Assembly: GCA_965153285.1 (NCBI GenBank)
Contig: OZ229119.1
Origin: Podarcis tiliguerta
Lineage: Eukaryota
Direction: 5' to 3' (one strand)
Length of the DNA: 64,000 nt
The notes below the pieces were generated by a model, which made no database searches, was not told the origin of the DNA, and saw only the letters and a program-made list of their open reading frames with translations. Both the position numbers and the translations under genes were made by a program. Positions 1 to 11,681 of this stretch are shown one piece after another. How positions within the stretch are numbered: position 1 is the first letter of the stretch; each line of letters starts with the position of its first letter.

Positions 1-3000
1 GCTACTCCCTAAAGTAAGGCTGCTCTAACTTGGCTCCCTTTGTTTCCTTTATGCCCTGCCCCTTCCCACCCAAACTTCAAAGCACTCAGCACTTAATATA
101 AAAGGAGGGTGAGCCAGTCTGGCTGGGATAAGGAAGGAGAAGAAAAGCACTTGATATTCACAACCATGCCACAAAAATTATTATCCAGCAAGCAAAGCAA
201 TCTTTATAAGGAGGACTCAATTAACCGCTGCATTTTCTAATACAGAAAGACAATATGCATTTATTTTCTCTGATTAAAACATGGTAAGAAATGAGGAACT
301 GTAGTTCTTTGAATGCATTAACTGGCATACTATTACCTAAGATGAGGCACTAAGCGCTTAAAAAAAACCCACCACTTCTTGCTCGACACTGTCCAACTGT
401 GTTGTTTACCCATGGAACATTTCTCCATATTCTTATTTTATTTTGCTCCATGGACAGCTAATCATATGTCAAAATATACCCACAGGCTGCCTGGCACAAT
501 GCTTTAACTTCAATAACCTGGATTTGTGTTAAAATGGATGGTTGTCAGGCTCAAGTAAAAACACATTCAAACTCTATGGCTAAAAAAAAAAATGCATTTT
601 AAAAAAAGACAAGGGTATATATAACTCTAGCTATCACCACTGCCAAGTACATGAAGAAACTGGCTCTTAGTTGAGGTTGATTCTTTTGATCCTTCTATGG
701 CCCATGTCTCTGAGAAATTTGTAAATATATGCCATACTGCACAAACTTAAGAAGCAGGTATGTTGACACTGTTCCATATCACACATTTGGTAACGTCTAT
801 GGTGCCTGTTAAATATCCTCTCAGCCATGTGAAACTGCTTATCTGTATCTGACATGGCCATGGAGAACAGTTAAAGGGCACTTAGGTTGGTCTGACAACT
901 GCTAGCATCTGATGAGGCCTGACAGTCAGAAGATCAGGTTAGAATTTTGTTCCCTATTGTAGCATAAGAGGGGAATAATCCTTTTAATTTGGCGACTGTT
1001 TGTATACATTTTAGCAATGTTCTGAAGGAGGATAAAAGCTATCTCCAGCACAAAATTTGTTTGTTTTACTCCTTTCACCCATCCTTAAGAGCACTACAGA
1101 ATTTTCTTAGAAATTTACTAATTCGTAACAGATCAAAACTGTATGACCAAATTGTATGGATCAGAGTCAATATATACTTTTTTTAAAAATCAGCAAAGTT
1201 TTAAACCTTTGAGAGGGATTGCTACATAGGAAAATCTGCAAAATATTATTGGAATAAAGAATAAACAAGATTACATCTTTGCTGATTAAGCCTTGTATTC
1301 AACAGGTGTAACTGTTACTACCAAATCATCCATCTACATAATGCTCCCAATATCATTAGCATATCATAACATGGAGACTAATCAGCATTCAAATGAACAG
1401 CTGTAGCTTTGTGGAAAATTAGGGAAACCAGTAATATAGATTTTATCCATCTTCCTTCAGTCAGTATCCCTCCAATCAATGCATGCCTCGGAAAGCATGT
1501 ATTCATTTCAGAATGCATCATTTTAACTGCATTTTGGGTAGCATTTGTATTATATGCAGAGTGTTTTTGCTGTTGCATATTTATAATGAAGGAACAATAC
1601 AGCTAAACTAAACAGAACCTTCTCAGGGGAGGACAGAGTATCTCAGTTAGCTAATACTATAAAAAAATAAAGGTGAGTGATTTGAACACTACTATTTGGA
1701 TGACAGTGAAGATCGGGTAACATTTGCCACGGCAGTGGAGGACAGAATAGAAAGAGGTGTTAATACTTGTTACACTTGCCAGTTCAAATGCCTGCACTGA
1801 AAATCAATCAGGAAATGTCTGTCTGTTTATATTCACTAATTTATTTTTAAAATTTTCAAAGATAAGGTGAAGAGTTTTGCTTTGGCTAAGTGGCAGAGGG
1901 AAAACATGCTTTTAACATATTCCTTTACAAAGGGAACCCAAGAGTGAAGGAAAAGCTCACTCTACCCACTTTATACGGGTGCACTGGAAAAGACTGCAAC
2001 CTTCCCAGAATGGTTCGGCATGTCATAATAAGCAGCTTTCTGGGAATAGTACTATTATAGGAAAGGTGTTATTGCAAGACCCATCCAATTAGATGCTGGT
2101 TCTGGCAGTAGGTTCATATAGGCCATATATTAAAAGAGTGAATAGATCCAAAATAGGGCTATTTTTTAAGTTGGGCATGTGCATTTAAAATATACAACTA
2201 AAAAGGAGGACAAAACATTGATATGGACTGTTTCTCCTTTTCATGAAGGGAGCAACTTTATAAAACGAAAAATTTGACACGTGGCTTCAAGCTGCGCAGG
2301 GTGCTCTGGCAATCTGAAGAGGTCTCCAACACCCCATGAGACCTCTGGCCTTTTTGTGTGTGTGTGTAGAACATACATGAAAATATAGTAACACCACCCA
2401 CAAAACAGCTGCAGAAAACATTTTCTCAAGTATAGTTTAGTGCTTAGTTCCCAAAAGTATCATCCTCACTGGCCAGAGAACATAGCAGATTCAAAACAGA
2501 AAAGGTGTTTGGAAACCTGTATTGCTATGGTCCAAAGGGCTGATTAAACATTCCAGGTATTCATCAGGGATGGAAGGTTGCCAAGATTGATATTTTAGTT
2601 CACTTCTTCAAAAATATGACAAACTTCAATATGCATAGGTTGAAATGTTGAGAGGTAAAGGATGCTTTAAATATGACAGAGTTACACATTTACCTTTCTA
2701 CCTTCTTCAGCAGTTGTCAGCCAAGTAACAGGCTTTTGTAATTTTCCACTTAAAAAAATATATAGGGGGAAATAAGTCAAAGCCTCTGATAAAGCGTTCA
2801 GATAAATAACTTCTTTTAAAAAAACAAAAGGGGGCTCCTCTCACTGGCCTATCACACTAGGAATCAGTTGATGCATTTTTTTTCAAGGTGCAATTTGGGA
2901 AACAATGCAACACACAATTAAAGAACACACAACCGATGTCACAGAAAACCAGGCATTACTTCACACTTCTATTTGAATAGTTCAAAACAAGAAAGTAGTA

Positions 3001-6000
3001 ATGCATGAAAATTGCCCTTAGATTTCAAAGAAAAATGTTTACATGTATGTTATTTTATATGTAACTCTTTGCACGGCAGGCCTTTGAGGCTTCTATTCAG
3101 CATGCTCAAGAGAAATGCTTTTTGTTTTAGAAAAATGGGTTCATTTGTTTCCTTGGAGTGACTAGACTGCATATGTCTTTTGTAGGATGCAAGGATGTAT
3201 TACAAAGGCACTAAAGCGGCTTGTTATTTTCATTCTAACAAAAATGCTTCAAGCACATTAAGTCCTTCTCTCTTTGTGCTGGAAGCTCTGAGCTATCCAT
3301 CCCAGGAAAAAGCTGCAGTAAACTGGTTCTTAAGAATGGGAGTCCCAGTAGCTGGCAGCAGCAGTTAATATATCTCACCTCCAACCCACTTCCCAAAATT
3401 TCTCATTTACACATCTCTGGTTGATAAATGGAAAAAGCAAACAAAAAAAATCTTCAAAATGATTAAAATACACCAAGCCATTTTCCCCAGGTACACTTCA
3501 CTGATTTCTCCCACATTCCTCTTTCCCTATTTTCTGTTTTAAAATTAGTAAAAGTTAAAACAGCTCCATTACTGGGTCACAATAAAGATTTTGCTTCTCT
3601 GAAGCACTGTCAATCTAAAAGTGGTTTCAAGAAGCACCATCCTGTACTCCCAGCAATTCTTCTTAACTGTGGTTGACTGATTTAGTCAAATCAAAATGCA
3701 TTTTTTTACTCTTTTTTAACTTTTTATTTTAAAAAGGTGCTTGGAGGAAGATTTTATGTTCACTGTGAAACAACTAGATGATCATACTTTCATTCATATG
3801 CAATCCTCTCCCCCACTCATCTGCACACGCACTTCCACTTGAGACTAAGCTCTAAAAGTATAAATCTTTTCACAACTTGGACTTTTAAGAATACAATGAA
3901 TTTGTGTTGCTGCTACTGAGAATTCTTTTGTAATCAATTTGTACTTTAAATTTTTTTTGATCCCCAGTTCTGACAATTGGAGTTTGTATTAGTTAGATTT
4001 TGTTTTTCAAATTTTTTGCTTTTTGTAAAGAAAAAAACTTTTAAACTTTTTGAAGATTCAGGAACTTGTAAAAGTTTACGAAAGAAACAACCATCTATCT
4101 AGGATAAGGTAAAGGTTAAATAAACCATCTTCGAAAACTGGCTTCCTACCCTAGAATTCCTGAGAATGCTTGCAAATTTAAAGCAGGAAAATAAATGTTA
4201 AAACACAAAAACACTGTTAAATGCTCCCAGAGTTAGTCTTCATCTTATATATATATATATATTTATATATGCACACGCACTTTTTGGTCTTTTTTTAAAA
4301 AGTTTTTAATTTTTTCCCTTTAAGCTTGTGATGGAAGAACATTTTAGCTTTTCATTTTTTAAATATGTCATATCCCTCATTATGTCTTGTAAACAAGAGG
4401 GGCTCTAGCACCCGGCTTTCACCGTAGTATCGTAATGAAATCAACAAATCCAAAGTGCAGGCAAAGGGACCGTAGGGCAGGTTGGGAGAGAGTGATAACA
4501 CAGTAGTGAACCTGCTTGTGTGTCAAGTCACATATTGGAGCACATAGCTGCTTTCTAGGCCATGAGGTGCAGTATTCCGATGTCCTCCCAGCTCAGAGCT
4601 TTTTTTTATTATAGTTTGTCCTGCATGCTTTCAACACTGAGGCCCCAGAGACAAATACAGCTGTTTTAGGAGCAGGCATGTGTAGGGGCTGCAAGGGAAA
4701 CTTAACTGGCAGGAATGGGGGGGAACATTTTGCTTCAACTTACAAGATACAATGACAAAAGGAGAAATAGGGAAACACTTAAAAGATCCACATATGCTGC
4801 AGATTCTGAAGGTTAAATACGCAACACCTGTCTATGTTTACCACTCAACTTCACAGCAAAATAACAGGCAGATGTAAATGCAGTAATCCCCTTATTTAGT
4901 CTTCCTGTGAAACCGAGTTCATGTACAGAATTCACAACTCCTCCCTTTCTACATAAATGTGAGGAATTTTTTGCTTTAATTTTGCTATCAATACTTATAT
5001 AGCAGACACCACTGATTTTTTTTAAAAAAAATGAAACTGCTGAAGGAGAAAGAATCTTCTGTTGTGATCCTGTACATTATGATCTGCTACTTCCAAGTAC
5101 CGGAGTTATGTAGGTATTTGCTGGTACAGAATATTGCAGCACTTTTGTTATTCAGTATAATGCAGAGCTAGCAAAAATCCAGAGCTAAGTTCTAACACTT
5201 CAAAGAATAATGCCTCCTTCTCCCTGTTCTTATCCTGTCTGCCCATCTTCAAAATTGCTTTGCGTAAAGGCAATGTTTGCTACGGCTTTCTTCACAACAA
5301 GCAATTCTGTCCCAGTGCACACACTGGCTATCTTCTGAATTAAGTATAGGTCTCCCCTATCCTGCCCAGAGTACTACTACACTGTTGTTTAAAAAAATAA
5401 AACAACAACAACATCATCAACAACAACATCAACAACATACAACCTTTCTTTAAATACCGACAATAAAAAGCAACAGTACAGGGAAAAGTAAAAATAATAA
5501 AGGTGCAATACTTTATAAACAAAAGAAGTCTTTGCTAGTTATATGCCTGCCTAAGCAAAGCCTAAGCAAGACATACACAGGAAATACACAGAGAAAAAAT
5601 GCTCAAAGTACACACTGGTTTAAGAACATTCGTAAGTAAACGTTTCTGTCAGTGATGGTCTGGTGCTGTAATACACCTAGGCCTGGCACAGGTAACGCTC
5701 ACTATGGAGAAAGGAGAACAAAAGTTGCTGCATGTGCTTTCACAATACAAGATAGGCCAGCAAACTACTGACATTTTAGTTTTGTCACAAACAGCAGACC
5801 ACTTAAGAAAATACAGTTAGGCCTGAATTATGGTGGATTTTCCATGAAAGGATAAGAACCTTAGTATGCAGACTTGAGGAATAGCTACAGGATTTGGTTC
5901 TTAAGGACTGCAGAAGCTTCAACTATTACATAGGTCTTTGTCACAAAGAAATGTGATGCCCATTACCCCCTGGTGTCCCCCAAAAGGTGAAAGGCCTTGT

Positions 6001-6998
6001 CATAAAAAGTAAGCTTGGGTTCACTCAAAAAGTCTCATTAGAGACACAAATACACTTCTAGGCAAAACAGATCACCCCCCTCCCCACCCTCAAAACCCTG
6101 AACTCCCACACGGGCACCCCCTCACCAAATCCTTAGGATATGGCAGTGTTTTGCTCTATGACAGGGTCAGAACAAGATCTGTACTGCGCTGAATACCCTG
6201 CTAAAATAAAAATACCACCGACAGATTTTAACACAGGTCAATTTGATTTTGCACCAGTCACAGGCACCATCATTATTCAGTTTAAGAGTCTAGCCAGGTA
6301 GGTTGCTGACCAACAGCAATGCAGCTTTCCAAGACAAAAATGCGCACACACGCACACAATCATGCTCACATACACGCTCTCACAGAAACACACACACACA
6401 CGGGGCAGTTACATGTGCCAGAACATACTGGTATATATCAACCAGCCAATCACAAAGTGTTTTTTTTCCTTTTTTTGTTTTTTAAAGTGAGGCTCCGTCA
6501 AGTCTTCCCCTCCCACCCCACCCCCAATTCTTTTGAACCCTGCCCCTTCCCGACATAGTAGACCTAAGGACGGAAACACACCCAGTGCAAACAAAGTTAA
6601 AAAGCTATTTTTCAGTATATATGTTTCGTAGCAACAACTTCCGTATAACATGAAAAAGTGAAAAACTAGAAACTAATTTTTTTAAATTTTTGTGTTTNNN
6701 NNNNNNNNNNNNNNNNNNNNNNNNNNNNNNNNNNNNNNNNNNNNNNNNNNNNNNNNNNNNNNNNNNNNNNNNNNNNNNNNNNNNNNNNNNNNNNNNNNNN
6801 NNNNNNNNNNNNNNNNNNNNNNNNNNNNNNNNNNNNNNNNNNNNNNNNNNNNNNNNNNNNNCCCACCTTTTTTTCTCTCTCCATTTTCTTTTTTCCTTTT
6901 AAAATGTATTTATTGCAAGTTGAAAAAAAAGAAAAGGTCAAGTTAGTGCTGCTGCTGTTCCAAAAAAGGTCACGAGGTCAGAGTTGAAAGTTTTAAGT
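1..6998 (-). promoter_or_regulatory. TNRC6B: Long 3' UTR of TNRC6B (at least 7 kb, likely continues beyond position 1)
   Basis: Directly follows the TGA at 6999-7001. AU-rich, no recognisable interspersed repeats, many miRNA seed matches and several AATAAA on the minus strand. TNRC6B orthologs are known to have very long 3' UTRs. Confidence 0.75.
6698..6861. other. N-run (164 nt) in the proximal 3' UTR
   Basis: Run of n in the sequence. Confidence 0.99.
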
Positions 6999-7386
6999 TC
7001 AGATTGAATCCGACCCTCCGCCTAGAAGGTCTCCAGGTAGTAAGGGAGCAGGGCTTCCCATCCTGTGGGGATCTTCTACACTCTGAACCCCCCACAAGCT
7101 TGAAGAGTAATTCGGGGAGGCCCATAATGAAGCACCAGCAAGGTCACCCCCACTGCTGCTGCCACCACCGCTGCTCCACTGCCCAAGCCCTGTTGACCCA
7201 CCAAAAAGATTCAAAGCAGGTCCCACTGGATCTGTCTGATTCTGTCCTGTCTCTAGAGACTGCCAGCCTGCTGCAGGTGTGCTGGGTGTTGCTGCAGGTG
7301 TAGAAGGCTGAGCTTGTGCCAGAAAGCGACTAACCTCCTCGTCTGTGGCAAACTCAGCCAAGATGGTAGTGTTTCCCAAAACACAC
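6999..7386 (-). CDS. TNRC6B: TNRC6B last coding exon: end of RRM and W-containing C-terminal CCR4-NOT-binding region (CIM-2)
   Basis: Acceptor tttttttag|G TGT GTT TTG GGA; encodes [18 protein letters not shown]...[33 protein letters not shown]. Confidence 0.97.
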
Positions 7387-9779
7387 CTAAAAAAATAGGG
7401 TAGAATGAACAGAAACAAAAGTTAACAGGAAAATATATCCCAGAAACATGAGCCAAATCCACAGTTTAACATTGCAAAGAATATATAGTTCAACAAAGAA
7501 AATTAGTATGAGCAGCAGAACAATATTTATATAGTGCCCTCATCCATACTACATTTGTTTTCCAGAATTAATATTGTTTTCTTTTACTTTAAAAGAAAAA
7601 AAAAAAAAAGGTTTAAGCATGTATGCATATTTTTGCAAAAGTTTTTCCAAATTTGGAAGCTGATATACAAACGAGATTTCTGAGAATAGTGGTAAGAATC
7701 GCAAATATTCATACTGGGGCCCTAACATTTGTCCAAATATTAGCGTACTTTTGCAAGGCAAGTTAAGACCCAGTTTGTAGCCCACTGCAAGCAGCGTCAT
7801 GGTCACCTCACAAATGTGCAAGTCCACTGCTTTCCCCAAGAGCCCACAAACTTATGGCAGCAACAAAATTTGCATGTTCTTCGTGTACAAAAAAACTGCA
7901 AATGTAAATGCTGTCATGAAACATGCACCAAAAATATTTCTTCTTTCAGGATGAATACAAGCATAGATATACCATCCACAATTTTTGGTTAAGAAAGCCA
8001 CTTACAGGCAAGAATCATAAATTTCATGCTTCTCACATAATCCTTCAAAACTCCCTGAGGGGAGAGGCAGCGCAAGCATCCTGTTGAGCTGTTACCATCC
8101 AGCTGCTAGTGGTGGCCCCTACCCCAGCAGACAGCCCTCTTCCCCAGAGTGAGGGGAGAAGAAACAAATGAAGCTGAAACTCATGAGCACAGGGCAAAAG
8201 AGCACAGAAGACAAGGAAAAGCTAGTAAAGAACATGTCTGCCCAGAATAGATGAAGTGCAAACGTGAAACTTCAGAGGTGTATAGCCAGATCTCATCCAC
8301 CTGGGGTAACTGAACTAAACTACAACCATGCCTCTTCCAGATGCTTCCCTTTTTATTTACATATGGGAAACCAAGATTTGATTTTATCAAACCAGGATCA
8401 AATGGTGCTTTGATATACTAGTTTATTAATTAATTAACTACGGTTAAATAAACCAATTTCCTGTATTCAGATGAAAATGGAAGCTGCAGTTTTTTCAAAA
8501 AGTGACAGAGCTTTAAATTTCCCTTGCCCCTTCCCATTCAAAGTAGAGAGAAGGAAGAGCAGAGGGAGCATATAAATCTGAGGCTTGCTGTAGTTCAAGT
8601 AAGTAACAACAAACTATGCTTTGCCATGCCTCAATCAGGTCATAATCAAAGCTTTGACTTATCTAATCTCTTCTCTATTCTCACTCAAATAGTTAACCAA
8701 ACTGAAATGTAATTGGATACAGTAATGAGAATACTGTACTAATTGAACATCCTTTTGAGATCCTTATTAAAATATTTTAAGTTAACAGAAAGATTTCAAA
8801 AGCTTTTAGAGAGAATACTAATTTAGCTTTTAAAAAGAGGCACACCATTACCTGAAATATTTTTGTTTGCTTTTTCAGTTTGCCAAACTAGTGGAAGGCC
8901 ACAAAATGGACTTTGCCTGGAGGTGAGAACAGTTCAGCCAGATAACAGAATATGCCTGTACCTTCTAGATACTGCGTAAGAGCCCTGTTGGATTAGAGAA
9001 CGGACCATCTAGTCTAGCATACCTGGTGTCCGTGCTTCTCCCCTGGGCTCCCCTGTCCAGGGAAAGGTGAAGACTAAAGGAGAAACTCCAGTGCCAGCCA
9101 GAAATGGCACACACAAGCTCCTTTTGCTGCCGCACAAGTAAACTGTGAGACAGGGAACTGTTGCTGTTGCACTACTGCGCAAATCAGTTGTCCAGCATCT
9201 ATTTCACTGTGTAGAGCATTTGAGCTCTTTGGGGCAGCAGAAGCTGCCTGGGTGCCTTCCTGTGGGCTCTGGGGGAGAGCCTCCTCGTGAAAAATACAGA
9301 GCTCTTCCTCAGAGCTGGCCAAGTCTGCCTCCTTGGTCAGGGAGGCAAAAGGAGAGGCGGGAAGGGCATTAAAAGAAAGAAAATTACAAGGAAAAAGAAA
9401 TTAAATAAGAAATGGAAAAATGCAAGCTAAAAGAAAATAAATGAGAATGAAAAAATGTGCTGGGTCAGGAGTCTTGCAGCACTAGAGACCTGTCTGACCA
9501 ACTTGAGAGGCAAGGCAGGTCTGGCAAAAGTGGGGATGGCGCCTCCCCCAGCCAAGGATCCTTAATTGACCCTGCCTGTCCAGCCAGATGGGAGGAGCCA
9601 TCCCAGTGTATATGCTGCCCCTCCAGGAGCCCCTGGCGGAAAAAACTGTTTAATGCCATTTCAAATCTGGGCACTAGGCAAACAAAACACATTACTGGGC
9701 TACCTCTTGCACACAAGACTTCCATCTACCGACAAAATGAGGTTGCAAATGGTCATGAAAGGTTGTTGGTGTAACTCAC

Positions 9780-9919
9780 ATGTGCAGTGCAGTCTGGGCC
9801 TTGGCTGCCTCCTGCTTGGTGCTGTATCGGATAAGGGCGGTGCCTTGGGTCAGGTTGAGATGGAATGTCAGCAGTGGACCATGCTGCATGCAGATGGTCC
9901 TCAAAGTTGACCCATCAAT
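9780..9919 (-). CDS. TNRC6B: TNRC6B exon, RRM core (140 nt)
   Basis: cacaag|ATTGATGGG...CAC AT|gtgagt; [46 protein letters not shown](M). Confidence 0.96.
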
Positions 9920-10076
9920 CTTGTGAAGAACAGATTGGAAGAACAAAGACAAACAGCAGGTTTATGGGTGTTTATATATTTGTAAATATATCTGAAATAG
10001 TATGGTTAATATTCAAACCAAAAATATCAGGCAATTACTGTAAATGCCACAAGAGAAATAAACTAAGCTCAAAATA

Positions 10077-10294
10077 CAGTGGTACCTCTAGTTACGGACT
10101 TGATCTGGTCCGGGGTGCCGTTCGCACCCTGAAAAGTCTGTAACTAGAGCGCCACTTCTGCACATGTGCTAAGTGTGCAGAATGCTTCTGTGCACGCGCA
10201 CGGGGCAAAACCTGAAAGTATACGCTTCTGGGTTTGCCACGTTCGCAAACTGAAAAGACGCAACATGAACCTAATGCAACACAAGGTATGACTG
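10077..10294. mobile_element. Tc1/mariner (Tigger/pogo-like) MITE
   Basis: TA|CAGTGGTACCTC...AAGGTATGACTG|TA: terminal inverted repeats with TA TSD. Confidence 0.85.
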
Positions 10295-10705
10295 TACTGA
10301 GAAAGCATGGTGTCTCAGCAGACACAAACAAAAGCTGAAGGAACCTTACAGGCCTTTGTTTTTGGCTGCAGTGCTGGAAACATTCTGTGGTTTCGCTATG
10401 AAAACATAAGAGAGAAAACTAGCCATTCTGCCTAGCATCCTGAAGACTGGGAGTTTTGTAAAAAAACACTATGTTTTGCATTCACAAAATTGCTTACTTA
10501 CCTAACTAAAACAAGCACTGCAATTAATTCACAATCCAATAAAAAAAAGCTGAAAATGTGGTTTACAGTAGGTCTCTCATGTCCTAAACACACTGTCATA
10601 CTAGTTAGCTTGTGTTGGTACATAAATACAATATTTATTTAAAATAATCAACAATTCAGAATAGTCTTGTTTCAGTAATAAAAAGGAAGCAGAAGACAGA
10701 AATAC

Positions 10706-10776
10706 CTGCGGAGTGAGATTGTGAAGAACCAGCCAGTAGCTGGGACGAACAGATCCACCATCACTCCAGGTAGAGG
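10706..10776 (-). CDS. TNRC6B: TNRC6B exon, RRM start (71 nt)
   Basis: tttgcag|CCTCTACC...CCGCAG|gtattt; (A)[23 protein letters not shown]. Confidence 0.96.
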
Positions 10777-11326
10777 CTGCAAATGATTAAACAGTAAGCA
10801 GGATACATTTGGATGAGAACCTACTTCAAAATTTATCTTAAACAGAAAACCAGAATGAATTCTGTGCTTTATAGAAACCATTTCACTTGCCACATTTAAC
10901 ATGAAAGACAGGGTTGTTCAAGTGGTCACTGGTGCAGCTACACATATGGATTCTGCAGTCGCACAAAGTAACATTCAGAACTTTCAAAAGATAAGAGCAC
11001 ACTCAAAGGAGTATGGCTTCTACCTTCCCAACAATTTCCTATTGCGGCAGCTATATAAAGAAACATGAGACGGAGAGCAGGTCAAAATGACATTTGCAGT
11101 TACAGTATCAGGTGGAACTATAGCTGCTGAGGCTCAAATCATGACAGGAATGCAGAACTGAGAAGACAAGATGAGATGTTTTGCCTGGGAGTTGACTCCT
11201 GGCTGGAACACATACAGAAATCAACACTAAAGGGGACACATTCTCAGATGGGTGGATGACAGTTCTCAAGGCCATTGGCCCCAGAATCTAGGTTGAACTG
11301 CCGTGTCAGCAGCCACCCAAATAAGG

Positions 11327-11681
11327 CAGGAGTGGAGAACCTTTTTCAGTCAAAGGAGGACATTTCCTTCTCTGCAATCTTCCAAGGGCCACATGACAGT
11401 GGGGGTGAGGCCAGAGGCAAAAGTGGATGAAGCAACAAATGCAATTTTTTAGCTTTTGTACAGTATGCTAGTTTCTACACACACTCACACAATTCTGTCT
11501 ATCCTCCCTCCAGAAATTCAAGTGACATTAGCAGAGTTCAAGGACACATTGCAGCCTGGCAAAAACATTTGGGGTGTTAAGCGCAACCAGTGAAGGTTAC
11601 TGCCTGGGGAAAGTTCCAAGGGAAAGACAGAAAGGCCTGGAGTGCAGAATTCAACCCCTGGGGCTGAGGTGCCTCAATCAT
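11327..11681. mobile_element. hAT-type non-autonomous element
   Basis: Starts CAGGAGTGGAGAACCTTTT; flanked by near-duplicate aaataagg / caataagg. Confidence 0.55.

Noticed and set aside
667-6651. Short ORFs in the 3' UTR region
   Set aside because: 60-80 aa, low-complexity or alternative-start ORFs with no splice or homology support; expected by chance.
9074-9322. 82-aa minus-strand ORF (ASSEEELCIF...) as a coding exon
   Set aside because: Its frame is not reached from the phase-2 donor using either nearby AG; the region is treated instead as a candidate stop-containing exon.
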